A stretch of 63,889 nucleotides of DNA, filler included, from Acidimicrobiia bacterium (lineage in GTDB: Bacteria > Actinomycetota > Acidimicrobiia > Spongiisociales > JAHEDJ01), in assembly GCA_029210695.1 (NCBI GenBank). It is 4 parts of 4 records of this genome, joined end to end, with 100 filler letters (N's around TTAATTAATTAA, not from the genome) between each part and the next. Parts side by side here need not be neighbours in the genome. Positions count along the whole stretch, not along the records: positions 1 to 17,438 come from JARGFH010000068.1; 3 more parts are not named here. One strand, given 5' to 3'. Position 1 is the stretch's first letter. Each line of letters starts with the position of its first letter. Under the pieces are notes generated by a model, which was not told the origin of the DNA, did not search any database, and saw only the letters and a list, made by a program, of their open reading frames with translations. Positions 1-10,145 of the stretch are shown here, piece after piece. Position numbers and translations under genes: made by a program.

Positions 1-76
1 AGAGCCCTCCTCTACGCCGGAAAACCCAACTGGAATCTACTCGCCACCATCACACCCCGCTGAAATCCGATGAGCC
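1..76 (+). mobile_element. ISL3-family IS right end (transposase C-terminus plus terminal IR)
   Basis: 1-63 translates RALLYAGKPNWNLLATITPR*, a typical actinobacterial ISL3 transposase tail; ends ...GAGCC; exact reverse complement at 17363-17438. Confidence 0.85.
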
Positions 77-92
77 AGTTAAGGGCTCCGCC

Positions 93-360
93 GGTCCCCC
101 CAGCGAGCGCAGCGAGCGTCCGGCGGGAAGGTCCCTACCGCCGCAGACAGCAGTGCCGCCGCTACAGAGCCAACTATCGCGTTCTCCCCCCACCGGGGTG
201 GGGGGAGTCCCGAGTCTTCGAGGGGAGGGGGGCATCCCCCAACGAACGAAGTGAAGGCAGGAGGGACCCCGGTCGGTCCCCCAGCGAGCGCAGCGAGCGT
301 CCGGGGGGAAAGTCCCTGCGCCGAAGCAAAGCGAAGGCGGAGGTAGGGGGGCTCCCCCAG
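93..360. repeat. Cluster of REP-like GC-rich palindromic repeats
   Basis: GGTCCCCCAGCGAGCGCAGCGAGCGTCCGG..GTCCCT at 93-136 and 275-317; 315-352 matches 11801-11838 in reverse complement. Confidence 0.65.
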
Positions 361-487
361 CCAGCGAAGGCGACCCTGGAACGGCCGGCGCACGACGACC
401 TCGTCAAGCCAATGGGAGCTTGCGGCGCATTCGTAGACCCTTCGAGCATAAGATGCCTTTCGGGAACAATCGCGAGGAGGACCGCAT

Positions 488-1186
488 ATGCCCGTAATTG
501 CACAGATAGACCTTTCGTTCGTCGACCGGATGACGGAGTCGTTCAAGGAGCTCGGCTCCGGAATCGGGAACTTCATCCCCAAACTCATTGTCGCTCTTCT
601 GATCATCTGGATCGGGAGTTGGGTGGCGGGATTCGCCCGCAAGTGGCTCGAGAGGATCCTCAAGAAGGTCGGCGCCCGCAAACTGACCGAGGCGGCCGGA
701 ATTGAGCCGATGCTCGAACAGGCGGGAACGTCGGGTCCGCACCTCGTATCTCAGGTCCTCTATTACCTGGTGATGATCATCTTCCTGCAGATCGCCACTG
801 AGGTACTGGGAATCGATCGGCTTACGGTGCTGCTCGACACGCTGATTGCGTACCTGCCCCTGGTGGTGGTGGCACTCCTGATCGTGTTCGTGGCCGGCGC
901 GGTTGCCGGATGGGCTGCGGGAGTCGTTCGACCCTTTGCCGAAAGTCGCAACATGGGTTGGCTGGTCGTTGCAGTCCGCTGGGCGATCATCGTCGTCGGA
1001 GCGCTGGCCGCGCTGGACACGCTCAACTTCGCACCAGGAGTGACGGAGAATATCCAGGCAACTCTGCTGCAGTGGCTGCCCCTTTCGGTTCTGGTGACCG
1101 GGGCCATCGCCTTTGGGATCGGAGGGATCGATACCGCCAAGAAGTGGTGGGCGAAGCTCGATCCGAAGCAGGAAAAGCAATACTGA
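488..1186 (+). CDS. TM-helix repeat membrane protein (CmpX / mechanosensitive-channel-associated type)
   Basis: GAGGAGG RBS; repeated 'FIPKLIVALLII' / 'YLPLVVVALLIV' TM-helix motifs; AFGIGG near C-terminus. Confidence 0.75.
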   Translation: MPVIAQIDLSFVDRMTESFKELGSGIGNFIPKLIVALLIIWIGSWVAGFARKWLERILKKVGARKLTEAAGIEPMLEQAGTSGPHLVSQVLYYLVMIIFLQIATEVLGIDRLTVLLDTLIAYLPLVVVALLIVFVAGAVAGWAAGVVRPFAESRNMGWLVVAVRWAIIVVGALAALDTLNFAPGVTENIQATLLQWLPLSVLVTGAIAFGIGGIDTAKKWWAKLDPKQEKQY

Positions 1187-1198
1187 TCGTCTAACAGG

Positions 1199-1235
1199 AG
1201 GCCACCTCTCTTGCCTGCAGGGGAGGTGGCCTTTT
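1199..1235 (+). terminator. Intrinsic terminator
   Basis: AGGCCACCTC...GAGGTGGCCT hairpin followed by T run, between convergent genes. Confidence 0.7.
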
Positions 1236-1249
1236 CGCGTCAACGTTCC

Positions 1250-1768
1250 CTAGTCCACGGGCTCGGAGTTGCCGGACAGCGCTGTGGCTCGCCTGCGGTA
1301 CATGACTCCGGCGGCGGCTACCAGGCCAACCAGGAGGAGGTCCCAGGCCGCCACTCCCCCACGGCTCTCGATGTCGATGACCGCTACACCGATACCCAAC
1401 GCCGCGACCGCCAGCAACCAGAACCCGACCCGGCCGACCATGACTGCCTGCCTGTCAACCGGCAATGGTTCGTAGGCGCCGGCATCCTGGATCCTCTGCA
1501 CGGCCCTCGCAACGGATCGAGCCGTCCATGCCACGACGCCGGCTAGGTAGGTGACGCCGAGCCCGATCCAGCCCGGCTCGGCAAGCAGGGCGACGAGGAT
1601 TCCGAGCGCTCCCGCCACGAGACTCCAGCGAAACACATCCGGAAGCCGGTTCATTGCCCAGTCGGGGCCGCGGGTCGTTGTGTTGACGGTCACCTGGGCA
1701 GCCCACAGTCCGGAGCCGACCGCCAGAGCTGCGAGGACGAAGATCCCCTGGGCGGTGCTCAGTGTCAA
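1250..1768 (-). CDS. Hypothetical multi-pass membrane protein coupled to htpX
   Basis: About 5 hydrophobic helices; TTG start overlaps htpX stop (TTGA). Confidence 0.6.
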   Translation of the reverse strand: MTLSTAQGIFVLAALAVGSGLWAAQVTVNTTTRGPDWAMNRLPDVFRWSLVAGALGILVALLAEPGWIGLGVTYLAGVVAWTARSVARAVQRIQDAGAYEPLPVDRQAVMVGRVGFWLLAVAALGIGVAVIDIESRGGVAAWDLLLVGLVAAAGVMYRRRATALSGNSEPVD

Positions 1769-2625
1769 CTGATGCCCGACGCCTGTTTCCAAAGGCGGTC
1801 GATCCGCTCCTCGACCGGCGGGTGCGTCGAGAAGAGCTTGCTGAAGCTCTGGCGTCGATTGACGGCCTTGAGCGGATCGTCGATGAACAACTGGCTGACG
1901 GCCGGGTTGACGTTCATGGGGATGCGGGCGGTCGCTCCGGAGATCTTCTGCAGCGCCGAGGCCAGGTTGACGGGTTGTCCGGTGATGTCGGCCCCGCTGC
2001 GATCGGCCTGGAACTCGCGGGAGCGCGAGATGGCGAGGCGGATCAGCATGGCGGCAATCGGAGCCAGGATGAGAGCCAGGAGGCTGATGATGCCCGACAG
2101 CGGGTTGTCCCGGCTGCTGCGGCCTCCTCCGAACCAGAATGCCATCCTGGCGAAGATCGACAGGGCGGCGGCCAGCATGGCGGCGATCGACGAGATCAAG
2201 ATGTCCCGGTTGCGGACGTGGGCGAGTTCGTGGGCGAGCACGCCCTCGAGTTCCTGGTTGGTGAGCAGTTGCATGATGCCGGAGGTAACGGCGACTGCGG
2301 CGTGTTTGGGGTTGCGCCCGGTGGCGAAGGCATTCGGCTGCGGCGAGTCGATCAGGTAGATGCCGGGCATCGGCATGCGAGTTTGCTCGGTCAGATGTCG
2401 AACGATCGCATACACCTGCGGCAGTTCGTGTTCCTCGACGGGCTTGGCCTTAGTGGCGGCCAGTGCCATCTTGGCCGAGAAGAAGTAGGCGAAGAAGTTG
2501 AGCCCGGCAGCAAAGAGCAGCCCGATGTAGAAGCCCGACCCCTGGCCGAACAGCGCAATGCCGAGCCACCACACCAGGGCGGACATGAATGCCAGCAGTC
2601 CGACAGTCTTGAGGTTATTGGTCAT
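1765..2625 (-). CDS. htpX: Zinc metalloprotease HtpX (M48)
   Basis: PNAFATGRNP, HELAH, SRSREFQAD, FSTHPP motifs; start MTNNLKT 6 nt after TACAAT. Confidence 0.95.
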   Translation of the reverse strand: MTNNLKTVGLLAFMSALVWWLGIALFGQGSGFYIGLLFAAGLNFFAYFFSAKMALAATKAKPVEEHELPQVYAIVRHLTEQTRMPMPGIYLIDSPQPNAFATGRNPKHAAVAVTSGIMQLLTNQELEGVLAHELAHVRNRDILISSIAAMLAAALSIFARMAFWFGGGRSSRDNPLSGIISLLALILAPIAAMLIRLAISRSREFQADRSGADITGQPVNLASALQKISGATARIPMNVNPAVSQLFIDDPLKAVNRRQSFSKLFSTHPPVEERIDRLWKQASGIS

Positions 2626-2734
2626 GGGGCAATTGTATCGGCATGTGGGGATATTGGGAGGTGTCACCCGTCCACAGAGCGTTCTGGCGTCAGAAAGCGG
2701 CCAGAATTGAGACGTTCCTGACGCCAGAACGGTG

Positions 2735-2770
2735 GAAAAAGAGAGGGGCCGCCCCGAAGGGCGGCCCCTA
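2735..2770 (-). terminator. Intrinsic terminator after S8 gene
   Basis: AGGGGCCGCCC-TTCG-GGGCGGCCCCT followed by CTCTTTTT on the minus strand. Confidence 0.8.
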
Positions 2771-2794
2771 CCCTTGTCAGCTCGAGAGCTGAGG

Positions 2795-5700
2795 TCAGTC
2801 GGTGTCGACGCGGACCACGGTGAGATCAAACAAACCAGAAAGGTCTGCAGTCTCGCTATGACTCACAGCACCGAGGTACTTCGTATCGGGGTCGAGGCCA
2901 ACCCAATCCACCTGGATGGAGTAGGTGTCCCCGAGGGTGGCCGTCGTGGGACCGGTCACCGTCATATTTGTACTGCCCGGCGTTGCCGGAACGGACCAGT
3001 CGAACAGCGTGTATCTGCTGTCCGGACCGTCCGTCTGCCAGCCGTGGACGAACACGTAGTAGTCACCGGCAGGCGGGAACAGGACGTTGACTTCCTCCGC
3101 CGATGTGCCCGAACCACTCCCTCCGGCAAACGAGCCACCGGGGTAAAACACGTATAGGTCGAGGTCGTCGTTTCCGTCTGTGTAGTCGTCGAACAGCGAG
3201 AATCGCGCCAATGCAGATCCTGCGGGAACGGTGACGAAATGCAACGTAGTCCCCGGGCCGAATGGCGCAAAGCTGTTACCGGGGTCATCAAGCACAGTGC
3301 CATCGGTCATCGTCGCGGCCACCAACCCATGGGGTTGGGCGAAGTAATCGCCGTTGTACCCGAACACGATCGAGAACTCGAGCGACCCATCCGTGCCCGA
3401 ACCGAAGACCTCACCTGGAACGGCTGCCTGCACCGCGCGCACCGTCAGCACGCTACGAACCGCGTGCGGTCCGTGGGACCACGTCAGTGAGCCGAACGCA
3501 TAATCGCCGATCGTCGCCGTATCAGTCGTCGTGAAGGTGACCTCGTAGATTCCCGTTTCACCCGGGGCGAGCGTGAGCTCATCGGGCGAGACAACGACGT
3601 CCACGCCGAACGGTTCGTCCACAGAGACTGCGTACGTGTGCGTGCCACCGGCGACGTTCGTCACTCGGCGCTCGACCGTCTGGGTTCCCGCCAGCTCACC
3701 GATGGTGATGTTCGGCTGGTTCAGGTCGCTCGGATCGATACCGATCAACGGGCAGTAGCTCGCCTGGAGCTGACCCGTCCCGCACAGGAAACCGAGCCAG
3801 TCGACCCAGCCGGCGTCGTACACGAGACCCGGATCCAGCGCCGAGTTCGGAGCTACATGGCCAGAGCCGTAGTCAAACGGGTCACCCGGAATCGGGTTCT
3901 CCTCGTTCGTCAACTGCGATGCCGTCGTCATCAGGGCCGACTTGATCATCGTCGGCGACCAGTCGGGATGAGCCGACTTCACCACGGCGGCGAGACCGGC
4001 AATGTGCGGACTCGACATCGACGTGCCGCTGAGCGAGTCGAAGTTCCGGCCGTTGTATCCGGCGGGTGAAACTGCGGCGATTATGTCCTGGCCAGGCGCC
4101 ATGATGTCCGGCTTGAGCAAGTCGGATGATCCCTGGAGTGGACCTCTCGACGAGAACGACGCCACATCGGGTGCTTCGATCGTGACAGGTGTCGCAGGCG
4201 AAATCGATGCGGTGGCATCGGCGGTCTGGGCATACGCCCGAATCGCCGCTCCATCGATGTGATCGACGTGAACCGTCGGCACTGAGTGCAGATCAGCGTT
4301 GATGGAGCTGGGGCTGACATTGGCGTGCACCATCCCAGCACCGCCGGCCATCGCCACGGCCAGGCTCTTGTCTACGCGTGCGATCGTCCCCCGATCGCAG
4401 ACGACGATGTTGCCGTCCACCAGAGCCGCATCGAGCGTGCCCGGGTAGCAAAGGCGGACTTGTGTCGGATCCTCGCCTGCCAGCCCTACATCGGCCGAGT
4501 AGACCAGGTTGGTCTCATCGACTCCGGTGAACTGGAAGGAGGCGCCGACGTACGAGTCGCCGTTGCCCAGGGTGACCGTGGCCTCTGAATACCGATCATG
4601 AGTCCCGGCCGCCACCGTAGTGATCCACGGCGAGGGATGGGCGACGGTCGCCGCTGTCGGACCGGCGTTGCCGGCCGACGCAGCGACGAACACACCGGCG
4701 TCCTCCGCAAATAGGAACGCAACTTCCACAGGATCGAGGAAGTTGGTTCTGGTGCCGCTGATCGAGAAGTTGATCACGTCGACACCGTCTGCCACAGCCT
4801 GGTCGATTGCTGCCACGGAGTCGGATGAGAAACACCCACCCGCGTCGCCGCGGCCCCAGCAAACCTTGTACGAGGCGATGCGAGCCCGCGGGGCCATCCC
4901 GCTAACGGATCCGAGGGCGAGCCCATCGACCACAGCCGCCACGTTGCCGTTTCCACCTGCTGTGCTGGCAGTGTGGGTGCCATGTCCATCGGCGTCACGC
5001 GCCGACCAGTACTCGTAAGGGAATAAGGCACTCACGCCTGCTTCCCCGCCCCAACCGGCTCCAAAGAACTGGGCGCCGATCAGCTTCTGATTGCACTCGT
5101 CGGCTTGGAACTCGTCACCCGGGGTGCACTTGCCGTGCCAGCCCGGTATCTGCTGGTAGTCGAGCTTCCCAGGCGTACCGTTCGGGTTGGTACCCGTCCG
5201 ATCGGCGAAGCTGAGGCTCTCAGGCCAAATGCCGGAGTCGACGATGCCGATGATGACATTCTCGCCGGTGTACCCCATTTCCCACGCTCCGCCGTCATCG
5301 GTCAGACCGAGGAAGTCCGGGGTGGAGATCGTGTCCACGGCCATCAGCTCGTCTTGCCAGATCATCCGCACATCGTTGCGCGCTGCCATCGCGGCAGCCT
5401 GCGAACCGGTCAGCTTCGCGGCGAAACCGTTGAACGTGTAGGAGTAGTCATACAGTTTCTTGTCGAGGCCGGCACCGACGCCATTCAGCGCGCCGTTGTG
5501 CTTGCCCTTGAGGTAGTCGACATACTTGACGACTTTGCCGCTGTCCGGGTCGATCTTCTTCCCGTCCTTGGGCTTGGTCGAAGCCAGGCCTTTGATACTC
5601 CCGTCGTATGCCACCACGGGGTCATCAATCATTTGAACGATGTAGGTAGCTTCGCCTTTCTCAGCGTTGATCGCCGAGACCACGTCGTCCGGAACTTCAA

Positions 5701-5812
5701 GGTCCGCGCTTTGGCCGAGCACGGGCAGCGCCGAAAACGCCAATCCGAGCACCATGACCAGAACGAGGAGAATGCGACCAGAACGCCCGCGGCGTGCCTT
5801 CGATGAGCTCAT
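2795..5812 (-). CDS. Secreted S8 subtilisin-like protease (I9 prodomain, PA domain, Fn3-like and PPC-like C-terminal domains)
   Basis: Signal peptide; IVDSG, HGTHTAST, GTSMSSPH catalytic motifs; CDRG PA domain; DLDLYV PPC motif; AGGAGG RBS. Confidence 0.92.
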   Translation of the reverse strand: MSSSKARRGRSGRILLVLVMVLGLAFSALPVLGQSADLEVPDDVVSAINAEKGEATYIVQMIDDPVVAYDGSIKGLASTKPKDGKKIDPDSGKVVKYVDYLKGKHNGALNGVGAGLDKKLYDYSYTFNGFAAKLTGSQAAAMAARNDVRMIWQDELMAVDTISTPDFLGLTDDGGAWEMGYTGENVIIGIVDSGIWPESLSFADRTGTNPNGTPGKLDYQQIPGWHGKCTPGDEFQADECNQKLIGAQFFGAGWGGEAGVSALFPYEYWSARDADGHGTHTASTAGGNGNVAAVVDGLALGSVSGMAPRARIASYKVCWGRGDAGGCFSSDSVAAIDQAVADGVDVINFSISGTRTNFLDPVEVAFLFAEDAGVFVAASAGNAGPTAATVAHPSPWITTVAAGTHDRYSEATVTLGNGDSYVGASFQFTGVDETNLVYSADVGLAGEDPTQVRLCYPGTLDAALVDGNIVVCDRGTIARVDKSLAVAMAGGAGMVHANVSPSSINADLHSVPTVHVDHIDGAAIRAYAQTADATASISPATPVTIEAPDVASFSSRGPLQGSSDLLKPDIMAPGQDIIAAVSPAGYNGRNFDSLSGTSMSSPHIAGLAAVVKSAHPDWSPTMIKSALMTTASQLTNEENPIPGDPFDYGSGHVAPNSALDPGLVYDAGWVDWLGFLCGTGQLQASYCPLIGIDPSDLNQPNITIGELAGTQTVERRVTNVAGGTHTYAVSVDEPFGVDVVVSPDELTLAPGETGIYEVTFTTTDTATIGDYAFGSLTWSHGPHAVRSVLTVRAVQAAVPGEVFGSGTDGSLEFSIVFGYNGDYFAQPHGLVAATMTDGTVLDDPGNSFAPFGPGTTLHFVTVPAGSALARFSLFDDYTDGNDDLDLYVFYPGGSFAGGSGSGTSAEEVNVLFPPAGDYYVFVHGWQTDGPDSRYTLFDWSVPATPGSTNMTVTGPTTATLGDTYSIQVDWVGLDPDTKYLGAVSHSETADLSGLFDLTVVRVDTD

Positions 5813-6101
5813 TGCTCTCCGCCTCCTATAGGTATCTTCCCAACCGCCGGGAGGCCCCAATTGACCCAGCCAACCGGCCGCCCGACCCTAGCAGGCCATG
5901 GGCAGCCGCGACTCTGCGGAGTGGGGCAAATCCCACCGTACGTGGTGACTAGACATTCCGAGCAGGAGACGGATCAAGAACCCGCTCAACCATCTGCAGG
6001 TGTCCGCCCAGAGGTGTAGTTTCGGACGAAGTGGGCTTCAGTATCCCGCAACCACCGAACCATCCAGCGGATGGAACGAATCCTATGAAGGGAGGATTGT
6101 G

Positions 6102-9100
6102 GTGAGACGACTCCTCGTACTCGCCGTCGCCTTCCTGACACTTCTGGCACTCGCAGTGCCTGTAGGTGCGCAGGGGGTGCCTGGCGATCGGATGGAAGAT
6201 CGATCGTTACCAGACGCCGTGAGCGACCTCATGCTCGACAAGCCGCTGACACTCGAAGGCAATGTTGCGCTGGGTGTCATTGACTCCAGCCTTAGAGGTG
6301 CAGAGGGCGAGCAGAACGTAATCGTCCGGCTGAAGGGGAATTCCTTGGCCGCGGCCGGAATCGCCGGCGACTCGGCCCAAGCTGCGTACGTCCGTGGGTT
6401 GAATAGTGCGCAGAACCGCTTCATGGCGCGGATCGGAAGCACCGGCGCAACCGAACTCGGACGAGTCCAGCGCGTGCTGAATGCAGTCTTCCTTCAGGTC
6501 GACGCTGATTCATTGCCTGCGATCGCCGCAGATCGCGACGTTCTGCGCGTTGCTCCTGTCGGCAACTACGAGATGGACCTGAGCGAGACGGTTCCCTACA
6601 TCGGTGCCGCCGCGGTGCAAACAGCAGGCGTCGACGGAAGCGGCATCAAGGTCGCCGTTCTCGACAGCGGCATCGACTACAACCATGCAGCCCTCGGCGG
6701 CTCGGGTGATCCGGCGGACTATGCAGCCAACGATCCGACGATCATCGAGCCTGGGTCATTCCCCACCGACAAGGTGGTGGGTGGCTACGACTTCGTCGGT
6801 TCAGACTGGCCGAACGCTCCCGAGGCTCCGGATCCGGATCCGCTCGATGACGGCAGCGAGGCCGGGCACGGCACGCACGTCGCCCACATCATCGGTGGGA
6901 ATGTGACGGATGAAGCCAGCGGGATCTATCCCGGCGTCGCTCCCGGAGTCGACCTCTACGCCGTCAAGGTGTGCTCGTCGGTATCGACCGCCTGCTCCGG
7001 CATCGCTCTCATCCAGGGCATGGACTTCGCCGTCGATCCGAACATGGACGGCAAGGTGAAAGACCGGGTCGACGTCGTCAACATGTCACTCGGATCCAAC
7101 TACGGGCAGCCATTCGACGACGACCTCGCGGCCGCCGTCGACGGGGCCACGGCTCTGGGCGTCCTAACCGTGGCCTCGGCCGGCAATAGCGCCGACAAGC
7201 CATACATATCCGGCACACCCGGCGCGGCGCCTACTGCTTTGTCTGTGGCGCAGACTCAGGTGCCTTCGGCCTCCCTGCCATTTCTCGAAGTCAACGGAGT
7301 CGACTATCAAGCCGTGTTCCAGCCGTGGTCCGTTCCACCGGTCGGTATCGTCAGCGGAACACTCCAGTACGGCGACGGCGGCGGCGGAAACCTCAACGGC
7401 TGCGCCGCATTCGCTCCCGGCTCCTTGACCGGATTGGCAGTGCTCGTCGATCGTGGTGCGTGCAACTTCACGCTCAAGATCAAGAACGTCGGCGATGCCG
7501 GAGGCACAATCGGCATTATCGGACTCGTCGCTCCGGGGGCGCCCTTCTCAGGTGGCGACGGGGGCGACCAACCGATAACGATTCCCGGCTACATGATCAG
7601 CCAGGCAGACAGCAATGCTCTGAAAGCAGCGGTTGGATCGACGCTGACCATTGACCCTGCAAACGCTCTGCCGCTCATCGGTCAGATGGTCGGATCATCG
7701 TCACGTGGCCCCTCGAACTACTACCAGGCCATCAAGCCGGAAATCGGTGCGCCGGGAGCATCCGTTTCTGCGATTGCCGGAACGGGGACCGGGAACGGCC
7801 CGTTCGGCGGCACTTCTGGAGCAGCCCCGATGGTGACCGGCTCGGCAGCCCTCGTGCTCGACGCCTTCGGCGGCACCAAGACAAGTGCGACCGGCACGCC
7901 GCCTGGTACGGCGATCGGGCACGGGCTCGATCCCCTGACGGTCAAGGCGCTGCTGATGAACAACGGAGAGACGAACATCGACACCGACCCGTTCACGGGT
8001 CTTGCTCCGATCACCAGGATCGGTGGTGGTGAGGTGCGTGTCGACCGCGCCGTATCGGCTCCGGTGGCGGCCTTCTCGGCCGACGACTACACGGGCGCTC
8101 TCGGATTCGGATTCGTGGACGTGGCGGACACGGTCACGCTGACCAAGACGGTGACGATCCGCAATCTCGATAACAAGCGCCACACCTACGACGTGCTCCC
8201 GACCTTCCGGTACGCCTCGGACAAGGCAACCGGAGCGGTTTCGGTGAGCGCACCGTCGTCGGTGACCGTCAAGCCCGGCCTGGATCGCGAAACGACGTTT
8301 GAGGTGTCGATCACCATCGACGGTTCTCTGCTTCCGGGCAATTACATGAACTCGGGATCGAACGGCGCCAACGGTGACGCCCTGACACTCAACGAGTTTG
8401 ACGGCTACCTGATCCTCGACGACGGAAGCCACCCGATCCATCTGGCGTGGCACGTGCTGCCTCGGCAGGCGGCGGACGTGGTCCCCGACACGATGGCGTT
8501 GACCGGCGGTCTGTTCCCCGAGGTAATCGGTCTTGACAATCAGGGTGCGGGTATGGCGCAGAACGATGCCTATGCGCTCCTGGCGATCAGCCCCGACCAA
8601 CCTGAGGGCGAGCGGGGCGAGCAGTCGCCGACTCCGGATATCCGGGCGGTGGGTATCAACACGTTCCCGGTTCCGGCCGGCTACTGCTCGGCTGAGGAAT
8701 CGTTCATCTGGGCGTTCGCGGTCAACACTTGGGAACGTCAGTCGCACGTCCTTCCGGTGAGCTTCCTCATCGATCTGGACATCGACCAGGACGGCATCGT
8801 CGATGCAACAGTGCTGAACCGCGATCTGGCTGCCGCCCCTCCGGGGTTCAACCAGATCGGCGACGGCCGTCAGGTGACGTGGGCGCTCAACTACAACACG
8901 GGTAGCGCCTCGGCGTTCTTCTTCACCGAACACTCGACGAATACGGGAAACACCGTGCTGTTGATCTGCGGCGAGCAGATCGGCCTGACGGGAACCGACA
9001 TGTTGGCGACCAATGTCGACATGTCGGTGTTCGCACAGGACTTCTACTACGGAGGTCCCGGCGACCTGGTCGACGGCCTGACGGTGACGCCGCTCGGTGA

Positions 9101-9296
9101 ACAGTTCTACGGCGTACCCAGCGACGTAGCCGGATTCACCTACGACCCGGCCGGTCTGAGTGTGTACGACTTCGGCCTCTGGCCGGGGAATAGCGCTGAA
9201 CTCGGCCTGATGCTCCTCACCAACGGTGACCGTGGAAGCGGTGCCCGAGGCGGGGCGACTGCTGACACAGAAGCACTCCTGTTTACCGTGCCGTAG
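6102..9296 (+). CDS. Secreted S8 subtilisin-like protease (Vpr-like, PA domain)
   Basis: GGAGG RBS, signal peptide MRRLLVLAV; VLDSG, HGTHVA, GTSGAAP motifs; DRGAC PA domain. Confidence 0.92.
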   Translation: MRRLLVLAVAFLTLLALAVPVGAQGVPGDRMEDRSLPDAVSDLMLDKPLTLEGNVALGVIDSSLRGAEGEQNVIVRLKGNSLAAAGIAGDSAQAAYVRGLNSAQNRFMARIGSTGATELGRVQRVLNAVFLQVDADSLPAIAADRDVLRVAPVGNYEMDLSETVPYIGAAAVQTAGVDGSGIKVAVLDSGIDYNHAALGGSGDPADYAANDPTIIEPGSFPTDKVVGGYDFVGSDWPNAPEAPDPDPLDDGSEAGHGTHVAHIIGGNVTDEASGIYPGVAPGVDLYAVKVCSSVSTACSGIALIQGMDFAVDPNMDGKVKDRVDVVNMSLGSNYGQPFDDDLAAAVDGATALGVLTVASAGNSADKPYISGTPGAAPTALSVAQTQVPSASLPFLEVNGVDYQAVFQPWSVPPVGIVSGTLQYGDGGGGNLNGCAAFAPGSLTGLAVLVDRGACNFTLKIKNVGDAGGTIGIIGLVAPGAPFSGGDGGDQPITIPGYMISQADSNALKAAVGSTLTIDPANALPLIGQMVGSSSRGPSNYYQAIKPEIGAPGASVSAIAGTGTGNGPFGGTSGAAPMVTGSAALVLDAFGGTKTSATGTPPGTAIGHGLDPLTVKALLMNNGETNIDTDPFTGLAPITRIGGGEVRVDRAVSAPVAAFSADDYTGALGFGFVDVADTVTLTKTVTIRNLDNKRHTYDVLPTFRYASDKATGAVSVSAPSSVTVKPGLDRETTFEVSITIDGSLLPGNYMNSGSNGANGDALTLNEFDGYLILDDGSHPIHLAWHVLPRQAADVVPDTMALTGGLFPEVIGLDNQGAGMAQNDAYALLAISPDQPEGERGEQSPTPDIRAVGINTFPVPAGYCSAEESFIWAFAVNTWERQSHVLPVSFLIDLDIDQDGIVDATVLNRDLAAAPPGFNQIGDGRQVTWALNYNTGSASAFFFTEHSTNTGNTVLLICGEQIGLTGTDMLATNVDMSVFAQDFYYGGPGDLVDGLTVTPLGEQFYGVPSDVAGFTYDPAGLSVYDFGLWPGNSAELGLMLLTNGDRGSGARGGATADTEALLFTVP

Positions 9297-9319
9297 AACC
9301 AACATACGACGAGATGCGG

Positions 9320-9348
9320 GAAGCGGGGCCGTCAAGGCCCCGCTTCTC
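9320..9348. terminator. Probable bidirectional terminator
   Basis: GAAGCGGGGCC-GTCAA-GGCCCCGCTTC between convergent genes. Confidence 0.7.
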
Positions 9349-9364
9349 TGTGTACTCAAGCGTG

Positions 9365-9991
9365 CTACTTGCTGTCGTCGGACGGCGGCGGGACTCCAAG
9401 AGAGCTCTCGCACAACTTGAAGGATCCCCTGCTCGATGCCCGGTAGTCCATCTGCGAACCACCTGCATCGAGGACAACCCAGTAGCCATCGACCAGCGCC
9501 TGGGTATACATCACTCCCGGCTCAGGACATCCGAGCGAACCGTCCGACCAGGTGACGGACTCTGCTCGCACGACGGTGAGCGCACCCTTTGTGGTCATCC
9601 GGGACTCGGCGTCGGCCATGATCGCTTCGAGGAGGTCCATCGGGACCTCACCCGTCACCGCCGGTGGCGGGTCCGAAGGAGGGATGGTTTCCGCGGGTGG
9701 CAGGGATGGAGTGGGCTTCGGCAGCGTGGATTCCGGACTCACAATCTCGTCCTCCGCCCTGTCGGTGGCGTCAGGCAGTTCATCGACGATCGAGTCGTCG
9801 GAGGCGGTCAGGCTGGCCTCGCCGGGCTCCTCCGCCGGTTGATCGGCCGCGGAGGCATCTGCAGCATCGTCTGCCGGGGTCGACGCCTCGACCTCCGGAA
9901 GTGCGGCATCATCGAGAGGAACGCCGCCGCCGTTCGCGCACGCCGCAGCAATCAGTGCAAAACCAGTAATCACTATCAGGACTCTTCGCAT
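9365..9991 (-). CDS. Lipoprotein with acidic linker and conserved WxDGSLGCPxPG domain
   Basis: Lipobox LIAAAC; VTWSDGSLGCPEPGVMYTQALVDGY motif. Confidence 0.75.
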   Translation of the reverse strand: MRRVLIVITGFALIAAACANGGGVPLDDAALPEVEASTPADDAADASAADQPAEEPGEASLTASDDSIVDELPDATDRAEDEIVSPESTLPKPTPSLPPAETIPPSDPPPAVTGEVPMDLLEAIMADAESRMTTKGALTVVRAESVTWSDGSLGCPEPGVMYTQALVDGYWVVLDAGGSQMDYRASSRGSFKLCESSLGVPPPSDDSK

Positions 9992-10045
9992 AGGCAATTC
10001 CACCTCGGTCTTGCCTCCCCTTCTCATTAGGGTAGTCATCGATGA

Positions 10046-10072
10046 GACGTCGGCGTTACGACCGCCGTTTCC
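10046..10072 (-). promoter_or_regulatory. Putative ECF-sigma promoter of the lipoprotein gene
   Basis: GGAAAC-N17-CGTC, 55 nt upstream of the start codon. Confidence 0.5.
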
Positions 10073-10145
10073 TGAGGCGTCCCAACTTGCGGTGGGCTAG
10101 GCTCACTCTCAGTGGCAGGAGGCCACATGAGTCATGGGAGGGTTC

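Noticed and set aside
70..705. ORFs over the first 480 nt
   Set aside because: Translations of REP-like palindromes overlapping the real gene at 488
7701..9413. 570-aa minus-strand ORF
   Set aside because: Antisense shadow of the S8 protease
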